A stretch of DNA of 64,000 bases from Sulfurimonas sp. (GCA_047633475.1 JBLIEY010000001.1:2257-66256); one strand, 5' to 3'. Numbered from the stretch's first letter, positions 28,321 through 38,244 are shown. The notes: a model not told the origin generated them from the sequence alone. Numbers and translations are program-made.

Positions 28321-29475
28321 ATGATTTATTTAGATAATTCAGCAACTACTTTTCCTAAACCACCATCAGTAAAGGAAGCCATAGTAGGCTTTCTTGATTG
28401 TGTTGGGGCAAATTCTGGAAGAAGTGGGCATGCTCTTTCAATAGATTCTGGAAGAATTTTATATCAGTGTCGCGCTGCACTTTCAAACTTTATTGGGCAA
28501 CCAAATATTTTTAAAACAATATTCACACAAAATGCAACTCAAGCACTAAATACATGCTTATATGGTCTACTCAAAAAAGGCGATATAGTTTTAGTAAGCA
28601 GCTTAGAGCATAACTCCATTATGAGACCTCTTTATGAGGTTCAAAAAAAAAGAGGAATCATCATTCGTACAATTCCGGCTAATTCAATGTGTCTTTTAGA
28701 TTTAAATAAGGCAAAAGAGTTGGCAGTTGGTGTGAAAATGATTGCTTGTGTACATGGTAACAATGTAACAGGAGCATTGCTACCTATAGAAGCTCTTGCT
28801 TATATTGCCAAAGAGAATAACGCTCTTTTCTTAGTTGATGCTTCTCAAAGCCTTGGTGTAGCAGAGTTAAATATGAAAAAAATGGGTATTGATATTTTAT
28901 GTGCATCTGGACACAAAGGTTTGCTTGGTCCTATGGGAACTGGTTTTTTTTCTTTTTTAGATACAGTTGATGTTGAAGAATTTGACACTTTGATACAAGG
29001 TGGAACAGGTAGCAGAAGCGAAGATATGATCCAGCCTTGCATACTGCCTGATAAGTATGAAAGTGGAACTATGAATATGCCAGGAATAGCAGGGCTCTTA
29101 GAAGGTATCCTTTGGGTAGATGCTAAAGGTATAGATGCAATAAACAAACATGAGCTAGAATTACGCGAACAGCTATTAGTAGGAATGCGTGAAATGCAAA
29201 ATATAAGTGTTTGTGAAGTTGACAGTTCACTTTTGACAACAGGTACTATTTCATTTTATATGAAAGAAAAAAATGTTTCAGAGATTGCTATGATGCTAGA
29301 TAGAGATTTTGGGATTATGACACGGGTTGGGCTTCATTGTTCTCCAGCCACACATCGTACTATCGGTACATATTCACAAGGTGGTACTGTTCGCCTTTCT
29401 CCTGGAGTGTTTACAACACAAAATGAGATAGAGTATGTTCTAGATTCACTCGAAAAAATTGCTAAGGGTAATTGA
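28321..29475 (+). CDS. PLP-dependent class-V aminotransferase, cysteine desulfurase / selenocysteine lyase family
   Basis: IYLDNSATT, DASQ, SGHKGLLGP (PLP Lys), YESGT and RVGLHC (catalytic Cys). Confidence 0.9.
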   Translation: MIYLDNSATTFPKPPSVKEAIVGFLDCVGANSGRSGHALSIDSGRILYQCRAALSNFIGQPNIFKTIFTQNATQALNTCLYGLLKKGDIVLVSSLEHNSIMRPLYEVQKKRGIIIRTIPANSMCLLDLNKAKELAVGVKMIACVHGNNVTGALLPIEALAYIAKENNALFLVDASQSLGVAELNMKKMGIDILCASGHKGLLGPMGTGFFSFLDTVDVEEFDTLIQGGTGSRSEDMIQPCILPDKYESGTMNMPGIAGLLEGILWVDAKGIDAINKHELELREQLLVGMREMQNISVCEVDSSLLTTGTISFYMKEKNVSEIAMMLDRDFGIMTRVGLHCSPATHRTIGTYSQGGTVRLSPGVFTTQNEIEYVLDSLEKIAKGN

Positions 29476-29702
29476 AAATGAATAAAGGTTATTTTCTCGT
29501 TTACACCACATCATGTGCTTTTTACTGCGAAAATATTATGAAGCCATTATCTGGTATGCTTGTCAAACTTGTTCCTACTCCGAGAGAGTATTCAAGCGAC
29601 TGTGGTATTGCGGTTTATTTTGAGTACGAAGATTTAATCCTTCTAGAAAAACTTTTACAAGAACATAATCTTGAGTATGAATTGAAGTTAATTCATACTT
29701 AA
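29472..29702 (+). CDS. DUF3343-like small protein
   Basis: LVPTPREYSSDCGIA motif and position at the end of a yedE/yedF/desulfurase cluster. An alternative ATG lies at 29478. Confidence 0.75.
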   Translation: MKMNKGYFLVYTTSCAFYCENIMKPLSGMLVKLVPTPREYSSDCGIAVYFEYEDLILLEKLLQEHNLEYELKLIHT

Positions 29703-29738
29703 AATAAATATATTTTCTAGAGCCTTTAGTTTAAATGA

Positions 29739-30839
29739 CTATACGTTAAATCTAAAGTGCATTACATCACCATCTTGAACGATATATTCTTTTCCTTCTA
29801 GTCTCATTTTTCCAGCTTCTTTTGACTTGTTTTCTCCGCCACACTCTATATAATCATTATAAGCTATAACTTCTGCGCGGATAAAGCCTTTTTCGAAATC
29901 ATTATGAATTGCAGCAGCTGCTCTTGGAGCAGTTGAGTTTTGCCTGATAGTCCAAGAACGAACCTCTTTAACACCAGCAGTAAAGTAACTCATAAGTCCT
30001 AGTTTATCAAAACCTTTGTGTATGATTTGCTCTAGTCCTGATTCTTCAACACCAAGGTCTGTTAAAAACTCTTGTGCTTCATCTTCATCAAGTCCAATTA
30101 GCTCTTCTTCAACTTTTGCACAAAGTTTTATAAGCTCACAATTGTTTTTTTCTGCATGCTCTTTTAGCAAGAGTACATATTTGTTGTCTTCTAAAAGACC
30201 GTCTTCATCAGTATTTGCACCATACATGATTTCTTTTTGAGTTAAAAATCTAACTTCATTGTTTAGCTGTTGGTATATATCACTATCTACATCTTTGAAG
30301 TTTCTCGCTAAATTCCCATCAGCTAAAAACTCTATAAGCTCTTCTGCCATTTCTAAAGCAGCTTTAGCATTTTTATCAGCTTTCGCCTGTTTTTTAAGTC
30401 TGTCAATACGGTTAGATAGAACTTCTATATCGGCAAGGATAAGTTCGCCTTCTATGATTTCAACATCACGAAGAGGGTCTATATTCCCTTCAGTATGGAC
30501 TATGTTTTCATCATCAAAACATCTTACAATCTGTAAAATAACTTCAGTCTCACGGATATTTGATAAAAATTTATTTCCAAGACCTTCACCTTTAGAAGCA
30601 CCCTTAACTAAACCGGCAATGTCAACGAAGTCTAATGTTGAGTACTGTATTCTTTCTGGATTAACTATTTTAGCGAGCTGGGTTAGTCTTTTATCTGGAA
30701 CAGGAACCACTGCTTTGTTTGGTTCAATGGTACAAAATGGATAGTTAGCAGCTTCCGCGTTTTGTGCTTTTGTTAGTGCATTAAATGTTGTTGATTTACC
30801 TACGTTTGGAAGTCCTACTAAGCCTATTGCTAATCCCAT
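29739..30839 (-). CDS. ychF: Redox-regulated ATPase YchF
   Basis: GLPNVGKST, ANYPFCTIEPN, DIAGLVKGAS and the C-terminal YIVQDGDVMHFRFNV. Confidence 0.97.
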   Translation of the reverse strand: MGLAIGLVGLPNVGKSTTFNALTKAQNAEAANYPFCTIEPNKAVVPVPDKRLTQLAKIVNPERIQYSTLDFVDIAGLVKGASKGEGLGNKFLSNIRETEVILQIVRCFDDENIVHTEGNIDPLRDVEIIEGELILADIEVLSNRIDRLKKQAKADKNAKAALEMAEELIEFLADGNLARNFKDVDSDIYQQLNNEVRFLTQKEIMYGANTDEDGLLEDNKYVLLLKEHAEKNNCELIKLCAKVEEELIGLDEDEAQEFLTDLGVEESGLEQIIHKGFDKLGLMSYFTAGVKEVRSWTIRQNSTAPRAAAAIHNDFEKGFIRAEVIAYNDYIECGGENKSKEAGKMRLEGKEYIVQDGDVMHFRFNV

Positions 30840-30991
30840 TTGTTCTCCGATATGTATTGATATTTTTTGTAAAGTTAAGAATTATTATGGTAATTAAACT
30901 ACCAATTAAATTATTGGAATTATACTTAAAAAAGCTTATGTTTTATGTAAGTATAATTGTCTTAAGCATTATATAGTTGATGTACAAAAGC

Positions 30992-33829
30992 CTAAACAGC
31001 TTTCGTACATCTATTTATAAGATGAAAGATTGAGTTATAATCGATTCCACTATTTTCACTTAAACCTATTTCACAAGTTGGACTTGATGAGAAACCTCTT
31101 TTGATTTCTTTTTTAAGAGCTGGTTTTAAATTTATAAGTGCAGATGCATTTAACTCTGGGAAATTAAATCCTCTATCACCTGCAAACCCACAACATTTTA
31201 CATCAGCTGGAACTGTAACATCAGAGCTACACATATTTGCTAGTTCTATAAACTGTTTATGGAATCCCATTTTTCTTGTAGTACAAGTTGAGTGAATAGC
31301 TATAGGTTCATCAGTTTTTTCAAACTTTAAATATTTAGTCAAAAACTCTAGAGTAAATTCTACAGGCTCATAAAGATCTAAGTTACTCTCAAATGCCCCT
31401 ATCATCTTTTTAACACAAGCTGTAGTATCACAGATAATAGGATACTTTCCATTATTACTTGCTTTAACTAATTCAGCTTCTAATTCATCTGATTTTTGTT
31501 TACCTTGGTCAATAAATCCTTTTGAAGCGAAAGGCATACCACAACATAAGTTTTCAACACGATTAGGTATGATTATCTCAAACCCTGCTTTAGTTAGTAA
31601 CTCTACTGTAGTATCAAACAAGCCTTGCTCTTCAATATTGTTTTTACTTTGTCCCATCTTTTGACTAAAACAAGATGGGAAATAAACAACTTTTCTATCA
31701 CTTGAGATGTTTTTAAAGTTAAGATTTATTGTATTTGCTTTTGGAAGAGATGCACTCCATTTTGGGATGGCACCATTTGTTACTTTTCTAAGACCAGCAG
31801 TTAGACTACCATAAACAGATGTGCCTAAAATAGAGTGAGCAATGTTTGAAGCAGCTAGTCCAATTTTAACTCCACTCATAGCAGTTGAATAATTATTTGC
31901 AATAACTGATGCAATTTTTTCTTGCATTGGTGTAATTTGTTCTGTTCTTAGATATTTAGTAAGGTTACCTGTATCGATTCCTACTGGACAGACAGTTGAA
32001 CATAAAGAACAAGTAGCACAAGTTTCTATACCATCATATACATAAGCATCTTTGAGCTCTTGTGCTTCTTCATGCTCCCCAGCTCTTTCTAATCTTGATA
32101 TTTCTCTATTTGCAACTATTCTATGTCTTGGTGTAAAGCTAATAGCATTTGATGGACATACTGGTTCACAGTACCCACACTCTATACAAGTATCTACGAT
32201 AGAGTTTGTAGCTGGAAGAGGTTTTAAGTTTTTAAGATGTGCTTGTGGGTCATCATTGATGATTACATCAGGATTTAAAATATTTTTCTCATCAAAAATA
32301 TTTTTTATCTCTTTCATTAATCTATAAGCAGTTTTCCCCCATTCTAGTTCAATAAAGGCTGCCATGTTTCTACCTGTTCCATGTTCTGCTTTTAGACTAC
32401 CTTGATATTTAACTGCAACACTTGTAGTGATATCATTCATAAAGTCATCATATCTAGCAATCTCTTTCTCATCAGAGAAATCTTGAGTAAATACGAAGTG
32501 GAAGTTACCATCTAGTGCGTGACCAAAGATAAGTGCTTCATCATAATTATGCTTTTTAAAGAAACTTTGTAGTTCTAGTGTTCCAGATGCAAGATGTTCT
32601 ATAGGATATGCTACATCTTCAATAATTACAGTAGTACCTATTTTTCTTACTGCACCAACAGCTGGAAATAAACCTTTTCTTATTTTCCAAAAAAGTGTGT
32701 ACTCTTTTTCTACATCTGTAAATTCAATAGGTCTAACAGGCTCATAATCACTTAACAACTCTTGTATCTCTGAGATTTGAGTTTTAAGGCTTTGTTTATC
32801 TACTGCTCTTGTTTCTACTAGTAAAGCAGTTACTTGATCATCAAACTCTTTTAAGTAAGACGGCATACCATCTTGGTCTTGGATAGTTTTTAGTGCTCTA
32901 TTATCCATAAGTTCAGCAGCAGCAACTGTTATTTTTTTATCATCTTTAGCAAATTTAAGTTTTGTGACGGCGTGACAAGCATCTTCTATATTTTTGAAAA
33001 ACATTAAAGAACTTGCTTTATTTGGATAATCTTCAACTGTATAGTAAGTAACTTCTTCTATAAAAGCTAATGTTCCTTCACTACCAATAATTAAGTGAGA
33101 TAAAATATCAAACTCATCTTCAAAGTCAACAAGTGCATTTATGGAATAACCACAAGTGTTTTTTATTTTAAACTTTTTAGTAATAAGCTTTCTTAACACT
33201 TCATCATCTTTAGTATTTTTAGCCAACTCTGTTAAGTTATTTAAAAATGTTTTATGCTTGGCTTTGAAAGCTTTTTTAGATTCTTCGCTTGAAGTATCTA
33301 ATCTTGTTCCATCTGCCATGATGAGTTTAATAGATTTAAGTGTTTGATATGAGTTTTGAGAAGTACCACAACACATTCCAGATGCGTTGTTTGCAGCGAT
33401 ACCACCAACCATAGCTGAGTTTATTGAAGCTGGATCTGGTCCTATCTTTCTCTCAAATGGAGCTAGTATATTATTTACTTGCTCCCCTGTAAGTGCTGGT
33501 TCAAGAGAAATATAACTCTTATCATCAGCAACTTTAAAGTTAGTGAACTTTCTTGAAGTAATAACTAAAATAGAATCACTAATAGCTTGACCTGAGAGTG
33601 AAGTACCAGCTGCTCTAAAAGTAACTCCTAATTCTAGTTCATATGCTAACTCTACGATAGCTTGAACTTCTTGAGGTATATCTACTTTTACAACTATCTC
33701 TGGGATGAGTCTATAAAATGACGCATCTGTTCCATATGTTAGTCTATGTAACTTATCTGTAAATATATTCTCTTGGGGTATGAAATTCTTAATGCTCTCG
33801 TGAAATACTTTATATTTTCCTTCTAACAT
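30992..33829 (-). CDS. FAD-binding and Fe-S-binding oxidoreductase, Dld-II-type D-lactate dehydrogenase
   Basis: RAAGTSLSGQA, GPDPAS, HALDGNFH, LKAEHGTGRNM, two 4Fe-4S motifs (CIECGYC, CATCSLC) and two C-terminal CCG domains. The substrate is inferred. Confidence 0.82.
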   Translation of the reverse strand: MLEGKYKVFHESIKNFIPQENIFTDKLHRLTYGTDASFYRLIPEIVVKVDIPQEVQAIVELAYELELGVTFRAAGTSLSGQAISDSILVITSRKFTNFKVADDKSYISLEPALTGEQVNNILAPFERKIGPDPASINSAMVGGIAANNASGMCCGTSQNSYQTLKSIKLIMADGTRLDTSSEESKKAFKAKHKTFLNNLTELAKNTKDDEVLRKLITKKFKIKNTCGYSINALVDFEDEFDILSHLIIGSEGTLAFIEEVTYYTVEDYPNKASSLMFFKNIEDACHAVTKLKFAKDDKKITVAAAELMDNRALKTIQDQDGMPSYLKEFDDQVTALLVETRAVDKQSLKTQISEIQELLSDYEPVRPIEFTDVEKEYTLFWKIRKGLFPAVGAVRKIGTTVIIEDVAYPIEHLASGTLELQSFFKKHNYDEALIFGHALDGNFHFVFTQDFSDEKEIARYDDFMNDITTSVAVKYQGSLKAEHGTGRNMAAFIELEWGKTAYRLMKEIKNIFDEKNILNPDVIINDDPQAHLKNLKPLPATNSIVDTCIECGYCEPVCPSNAISFTPRHRIVANREISRLERAGEHEEAQELKDAYVYDGIETCATCSLCSTVCPVGIDTGNLTKYLRTEQITPMQEKIASVIANNYSTAMSGVKIGLAASNIAHSILGTSVYGSLTAGLRKVTNGAIPKWSASLPKANTINLNFKNISSDRKVVYFPSCFSQKMGQSKNNIEEQGLFDTTVELLTKAGFEIIIPNRVENLCCGMPFASKGFIDQGKQKSDELEAELVKASNNGKYPIICDTTACVKKMIGAFESNLDLYEPVEFTLEFLTKYLKFEKTDEPIAIHSTCTTRKMGFHKQFIELANMCSSDVTVPADVKCCGFAGDRGFNFPELNASALINLKPALKKEIKRGFSSSPTCEIGLSENSGIDYNSIFHLINRCTKAV

Positions 33830-34092
33830 TTCTGTCCTTTTAATTATTATTTAGTTTGTAGTGAAGTTTTTGAAAAATAAAATGATTTTACTCAAGTCGA
33901 GGGACGGTATATATTCTTTGTTGAGGGTCATTTATAAATGAGTACATTACATCTGATTTTTGAAATATTAAGTTAATAACTAATTTTAAAAATATAAACA
34001 TAATCAACTTCCTTACTCTACTGGAGCAGAGATTCAAATATAAATTTATAGCTGAGAAGTATAGCAAATCATATTTGATTTGTAACTAAAAT

Positions 34093-34584
34093 CTATAAGA
34101 AATTGCTACGAAGTGTGTCTCTAGCTGCTAAATCGACTAAAGTGAAGATCTTGTCTATACTATTTTTATCTTCATTTTTTTTATGACCTTTTACTTTTAC
34201 AAAATTACACTCTATAGAATCTGTGATTTCATAAAATTTTTTGTAAAGTTCATGATTCTTTATTAGAGTGTTTTTTTTAGTAATATAGTCGTTTTTTTCA
34301 AACCGCTCTCGTCTATCTTTTAAACCTATTATGTTTTGACAATCTGTGAAAATTACAAGCTTGATATTTTTAAAACTAACTTCACCAAGTGCCCAAAGCA
34401 TAGCTTCTAACTCAAGTTTAGACGAGCTTGTATCCTCGAATTTTTTAGTTATTACATCATCTTTAGATAAAGAACTACAAAGTAATTCATCTTCGTTTAG
34501 AAGAATATAAGCACCAAAACCTATTTTTACCTGAGGATTTACACTTCCATCTGTAAATAAGTATAAAGTTTCTTTAAGAGGCAT
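34093..34584 (-). CDS. Ribonuclease H (type I fold) family protein
   Basis: FTDGS, ELEA, TDCQ, VKGH and VDLAAR give the full acidic catalytic set. Confidence 0.8.
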   Translation of the reverse strand: MPLKETLYLFTDGSVNPQVKIGFGAYILLNEDELLCSSLSKDDVITKKFEDTSSSKLELEAMLWALGEVSFKNIKLVIFTDCQNIIGLKDRRERFEKNDYITKKNTLIKNHELYKKFYEITDSIECNFVKVKGHKKNEDKNSIDKIFTLVDLAARDTLRSNFL

Positions 34585-35452
34585 TTTGTTTTTTTATAGG
34601 TTTTATTAAAAGATATCCGCCAATAAGTATGGGAATTATTCCTAGCATCTGAGCAAGTCTCGGTATTTCATCTAATAAAAGAAAAGCAAAAAATAAAGTC
34701 ATTGGAGGAACAAGAGCTATCATAGCACTTATCTTAGTTATAGAGATTCGATGTAATGCTTCCATCCATAAAATCTTGGAAACTCCAAAAATCATTAAAC
34801 CTATAAGAACAACATAGGGTAGGGCTTGTTTCATTTCATCCATTTTTATTTCAGGTTCTATTATCCAAGCAAGTAGAGCTATTACGGGAAGTGCTATTAT
34901 TGTTCTGAATCCAAGAATAGTTTCAGATGAGTAAAACTTTCTAGCACGTTTCGAGTAAGCGTTAGCTATTGGAGCTATCATTGCTGCAACTAAAATTATC
35001 ATATCACCTTTATTGAAAATCATATCATTAGGAAAAAGTATTATTATTGCCCCTATACCCATAATAAAGGCACCTACACTATGAATGAGATACATTTTTT
35101 CTTTTCCAAATATGTTAAAGTAGAGGTATGAGAAAAAAAGTTGAGTAAATATTATTACAGACATATTCCCTGCTGTAGTAAACTGCATCCCAATAAATAC
35201 AAGTGCAAAAAGTATTGTAATCCAAAAACTAGTTAATAGTAAATCTTTATATTCCTTCGTGTTTTTTAACTCTAGAAAAAGATTTTTTTTTATCATGATT
35301 GCTAAAAAAAAGAAAAGTGAAACAAGTAGTGAAAAAGCATAGGTATGTAAAGCACCTATGTAAGAAATACAAAATATTGAAAGTATTGGAAACCAACTCT
35401 CCAAAGTGGAGAGCCCTACCATCAAAAGCTCGCCTTCGCGTTCTTTTGTCAT
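34574..35452 (-). CDS. DMT/EamA-family transporter
   Basis: About 10 TM helices in two repeats; TTAGNMSVIIFTQ and LLDEIP EamA-like motifs. Confidence 0.85.
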   Translation of the reverse strand: MTKEREGELLMVGLSTLESWFPILSIFCISYIGALHTYAFSLLVSLFFFLAIMIKKNLFLELKNTKEYKDLLLTSFWITILFALVFIGMQFTTAGNMSVIIFTQLFFSYLYFNIFGKEKMYLIHSVGAFIMGIGAIIILFPNDMIFNKGDMIILVAAMIAPIANAYSKRARKFYSSETILGFRTIIALPVIALLAWIIEPEIKMDEMKQALPYVVLIGLMIFGVSKILWMEALHRISITKISAMIALVPPMTLFFAFLLLDEIPRLAQMLGIIPILIGGYLLIKPIKKQNAS

Positions 35453-36858
35453 AGATTTTTTAAGTACTCACTCATGAAACGAACACCTGCTCCAGTTCCG
35501 CCATAAACGTTACAATCCCATTCTGACTCAGTATAAGCTGAGCCTGCTATATCAAAGTGCAACCATTTGTTTTTGTTCTCATCTTTAATAAAATTATCTA
35601 AAAATAAACCAGCTGTAATAGCTCCTCCATAAGGCTTAGAAGCTACATTTGAAATATCGGCTATTTCACTTTTTAGAAGTTTTTTAAGATGTCTGTTAAA
35701 TGGGAGAGTACCAGTTAACTCGCCAGATGCATTAGCTGCCTTTGCAAAGTCTTGTTTTAGTTGTTCAGAGTGTCCCATAATTCCTGTAGAGTACTGACCA
35801 AGAGCTACCATACAAGCACCAGTAAGTGTAGCAAAGTCAAAGATTCCGTCAGCTTTTACATTATCTTGTGCGTATGTTAAAACATCTGCCAGAACTAAAC
35901 GTCCTTCAGCATCTGTATTTCTAACTTCTATAGTAGTACCACTTCTTGATACAAGAACGTCATCAGGTTTGTAAGCATCTCCACCAACCATATTTTCAAC
36001 TGCACCAATAAAAGCGTGTATTTCTATATCTAGTTTTAACTCACTTGCTACTTTTATCATTCCAAGAACAGCACAAGCACCAGCTTTGTCCATCTTCATC
36101 GTAACCATAGATGCAGCAGGTTTTAGACTTAGTCCACCACTATCATAAGTAAGACCTTTGCCTACAAGTGAGATAATTTGTTTAGGGTTAGCAGGTTTAT
36201 AAGCTAAGTGAATAAGTCGACTCTCATGTATAGAAGCACGACCAACAGCAAGCATAGCCCCCATATTTTCAGTCTTTAACTCATTCTCTGCAAGAATTGT
36301 ACATTCTAGTGAATTACTATCTGCTAATTTTTTAGCCAAAATAGCAAAAGTTTCAGGGTTTAACTCTTGAGGAGCTCTGTTAACTATATCTCTAGTAAAA
36401 CATGTAGCATCTGCTATTATAAGAGCTTCATCAAAAATTGTTTTTAATTCTTTATAATCAAGCTCATTAGATGCAAGATAAACGTCTTTTAGAGTTGCCT
36501 CTTTTGGCTTAGATTTATACTCATTAAACTCATATCCACCTAGAACTAAACCTTCAACCATTGCTTGAAGTGAACTTTTAATAACACTAAATGATGCACT
36601 TACATAGTTTGAAGATTTTAGTGCTTTAATGACACTTACAGATGCACTTCTCATCTCGTCACTTTGTTTATTGTCAATTCCACAAACAAGAAGACCTTTT
36701 TCATGCAAAAAACAAATACTGTCTTGCTTTGCATTAAATCCTGCCTGGTTTAAAATTTTAGCTTCTGGATATTCTTTTAGAGCATCTGGAGTTAAAAATT
36801 CTACTAAAATATCTGACTCAATATCAGAAATATTTTTATTCAATAGTTCAATATTCAT
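35449..36858 (-). CDS. pepA: Leucyl aminopeptidase (M17)
   Basis: VGKGLTYDSGG, MKMDKAGA, NTDAEGRL and DIAG motifs. Confidence 0.95.
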   Translation of the reverse strand: MNIELLNKNISDIESDILVEFLTPDALKEYPEAKILNQAGFNAKQDSICFLHEKGLLVCGIDNKQSDEMRSASVSVIKALKSSNYVSASFSVIKSSLQAMVEGLVLGGYEFNEYKSKPKEATLKDVYLASNELDYKELKTIFDEALIIADATCFTRDIVNRAPQELNPETFAILAKKLADSNSLECTILAENELKTENMGAMLAVGRASIHESRLIHLAYKPANPKQIISLVGKGLTYDSGGLSLKPAASMVTMKMDKAGACAVLGMIKVASELKLDIEIHAFIGAVENMVGGDAYKPDDVLVSRSGTTIEVRNTDAEGRLVLADVLTYAQDNVKADGIFDFATLTGACMVALGQYSTGIMGHSEQLKQDFAKAANASGELTGTLPFNRHLKKLLKSEIADISNVASKPYGGAITAGLFLDNFIKDENKNKWLHFDIAGSAYTESEWDCNVYGGTGAGVRFMSEYLKNL

Positions 36859-36922
36859 TTGGTTTCCATTATGTTAAGTTATTTTTGAGATAGTATCTAA
36901 AAGAGCATAAAATATAGTTTAT

Positions 36923-37534
36923 TTATATTATGTAAAACAGTGCCATAAAAAAATGGCATATACTTCCACCAAGAACAAATAAATGCCAAATTGCATGATA
37001 GAAGTTTTTGTTGTCATTTACGTAAAAAAAGACGCCAAGTGTGTATGATAAACCACCTGCTATAAGAAGGTAAATTCCTCCGCTTTGCATTACATCTGAC
37101 AGAGGTTCATATGCTATAACTATGCTCCACCCCATTATAAGATACAAAATTAGAGAGAGTGTCTCAAATCGATTTGGATAAGCAACTTTCATGTAGATTC
37201 CAAAAAAAGCTGTTGTCCATATTACAGCTGCAATGGAATAACCCCAAACTCCTTGTAATGAAACGAGGGTGATAGGAGTATAACTCCCTGCTATAAGTAA
37301 ATAGATAGATAGATGGTCAAATATTTGAAATATTTTTTTAGCTTTTACCTGAGTTATAGCATGATATAAAGTTGAAGAACCATACATAATGATAAGAGTA
37401 GTTCCAAAAATAGCACTACTTACCACAGCTATCGCAGAATTACTTAAAGTAGCATATGCCACTAAAATTGTTAAACCAGCTATACTAAGTGCTAAACCAA
37501 GTCCATGCGTTATGGCATGTAATATTTCTTCCAT
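36923..37534 (-). CDS. Hemolysin III / PAQR family membrane protein
   Basis: EEILHAITHG, SSTLYH, DHLSIYLLIAGSYTP and HAIWHLFVLGG motifs. Confidence 0.92.
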   Translation of the reverse strand: MEEILHAITHGLGLALSIAGLTILVAYATLSNSAIAVVSSAIFGTTLIIMYGSSTLYHAITQVKAKKIFQIFDHLSIYLLIAGSYTPITLVSLQGVWGYSIAAVIWTTAFFGIYMKVAYPNRFETLSLILYLIMGWSIVIAYEPLSDVMQSGGIYLLIAGGLSYTLGVFFYVNDNKNFYHAIWHLFVLGGSICHFFMALFYII

Positions 37535-37544
37535 TATCGAAAAA

Positions 37545-38141
37545 TTATTTATACTTTCCTTCCTCTACATCAGCTTTAATTTCTCTGAGTTTCTCTTCTA
37601 AAATATTTATTATTATTTCAGATGCATCTTGGTCATTAGGTTCTGGTACATTATAATCAGTAACTCTTAGATTGGACTTGAATAGTGATTCTAAATCATC
37701 TCTTATAGCATCTTTTCTATTGTATAAGTCTTTTTCTACAGGGGTGTTAGGTTGAATGTCTTCTTTACTTAACCATTCATATGCTTTATCTATATCTTTA
37801 AAAAACTTCATATCAGCACCTATAAACCAGTTACCAATTTTTACTCCATATTCTTCCCAACTCTTTGTTCCAATAAATGCTATATTAGTGAAAATATCTT
37901 TAAATTCCATACCAAATTTAAAATCATCCCAGGCAGCTCTAATCTCATAACCATCAAACTCTGTAGCATCTATTAGCATCTTAACTGAAGGTTCTTTAAC
38001 CCCTTTTATTGACTCTCTAAGCATAGGTGTCATTTTTGCATAGTCGTCATGCGTAAGAGTTCCCGTAATCTTAAGTTTCATAAAAAAGAAATTATCAACT
38101 CTACTAATACCCACAGATATTCCATGTTCTATAGTTTTCAT
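37545..38141 (-). CDS. SpoIIAA-like (STAS/SEC14) protein with an extra C-terminal acidic helical domain
   Basis: GTLTHDDY, AAWDDFKFG and IAFIG...W motifs in the first ~125 aa, then a ~70-aa extension. Confidence 0.78.
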   Translation of the reverse strand: MKTIEHGISVGISRVDNFFFMKLKITGTLTHDDYAKMTPMLRESIKGVKEPSVKMLIDATEFDGYEIRAAWDDFKFGMEFKDIFTNIAFIGTKSWEEYGVKIGNWFIGADMKFFKDIDKAYEWLSKEDIQPNTPVEKDLYNRKDAIRDDLESLFKSNLRVTDYNVPEPNDQDASEIIINILEEKLREIKADVEEGKYK

Positions 38142-38202
38142 AATATACTCCTATTATTGATTTATAACAATATTATACCAAATTAGTGTATATACGTAGT
38201 TT

Positions 38203-38228
38203 TAATTTACCTCAGAGGAGGTAAATTA
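38203..38228. terminator. Perfect 11-bp hairpin downstream of the nhaC-family gene
   Basis: TAATTTACCTC-AGAG-GAGGTAAATTA; no clear U-tract in the minus direction. Confidence 0.4.
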
Positions 38229-38244
38229 TTTAATTGTTTTGAAG

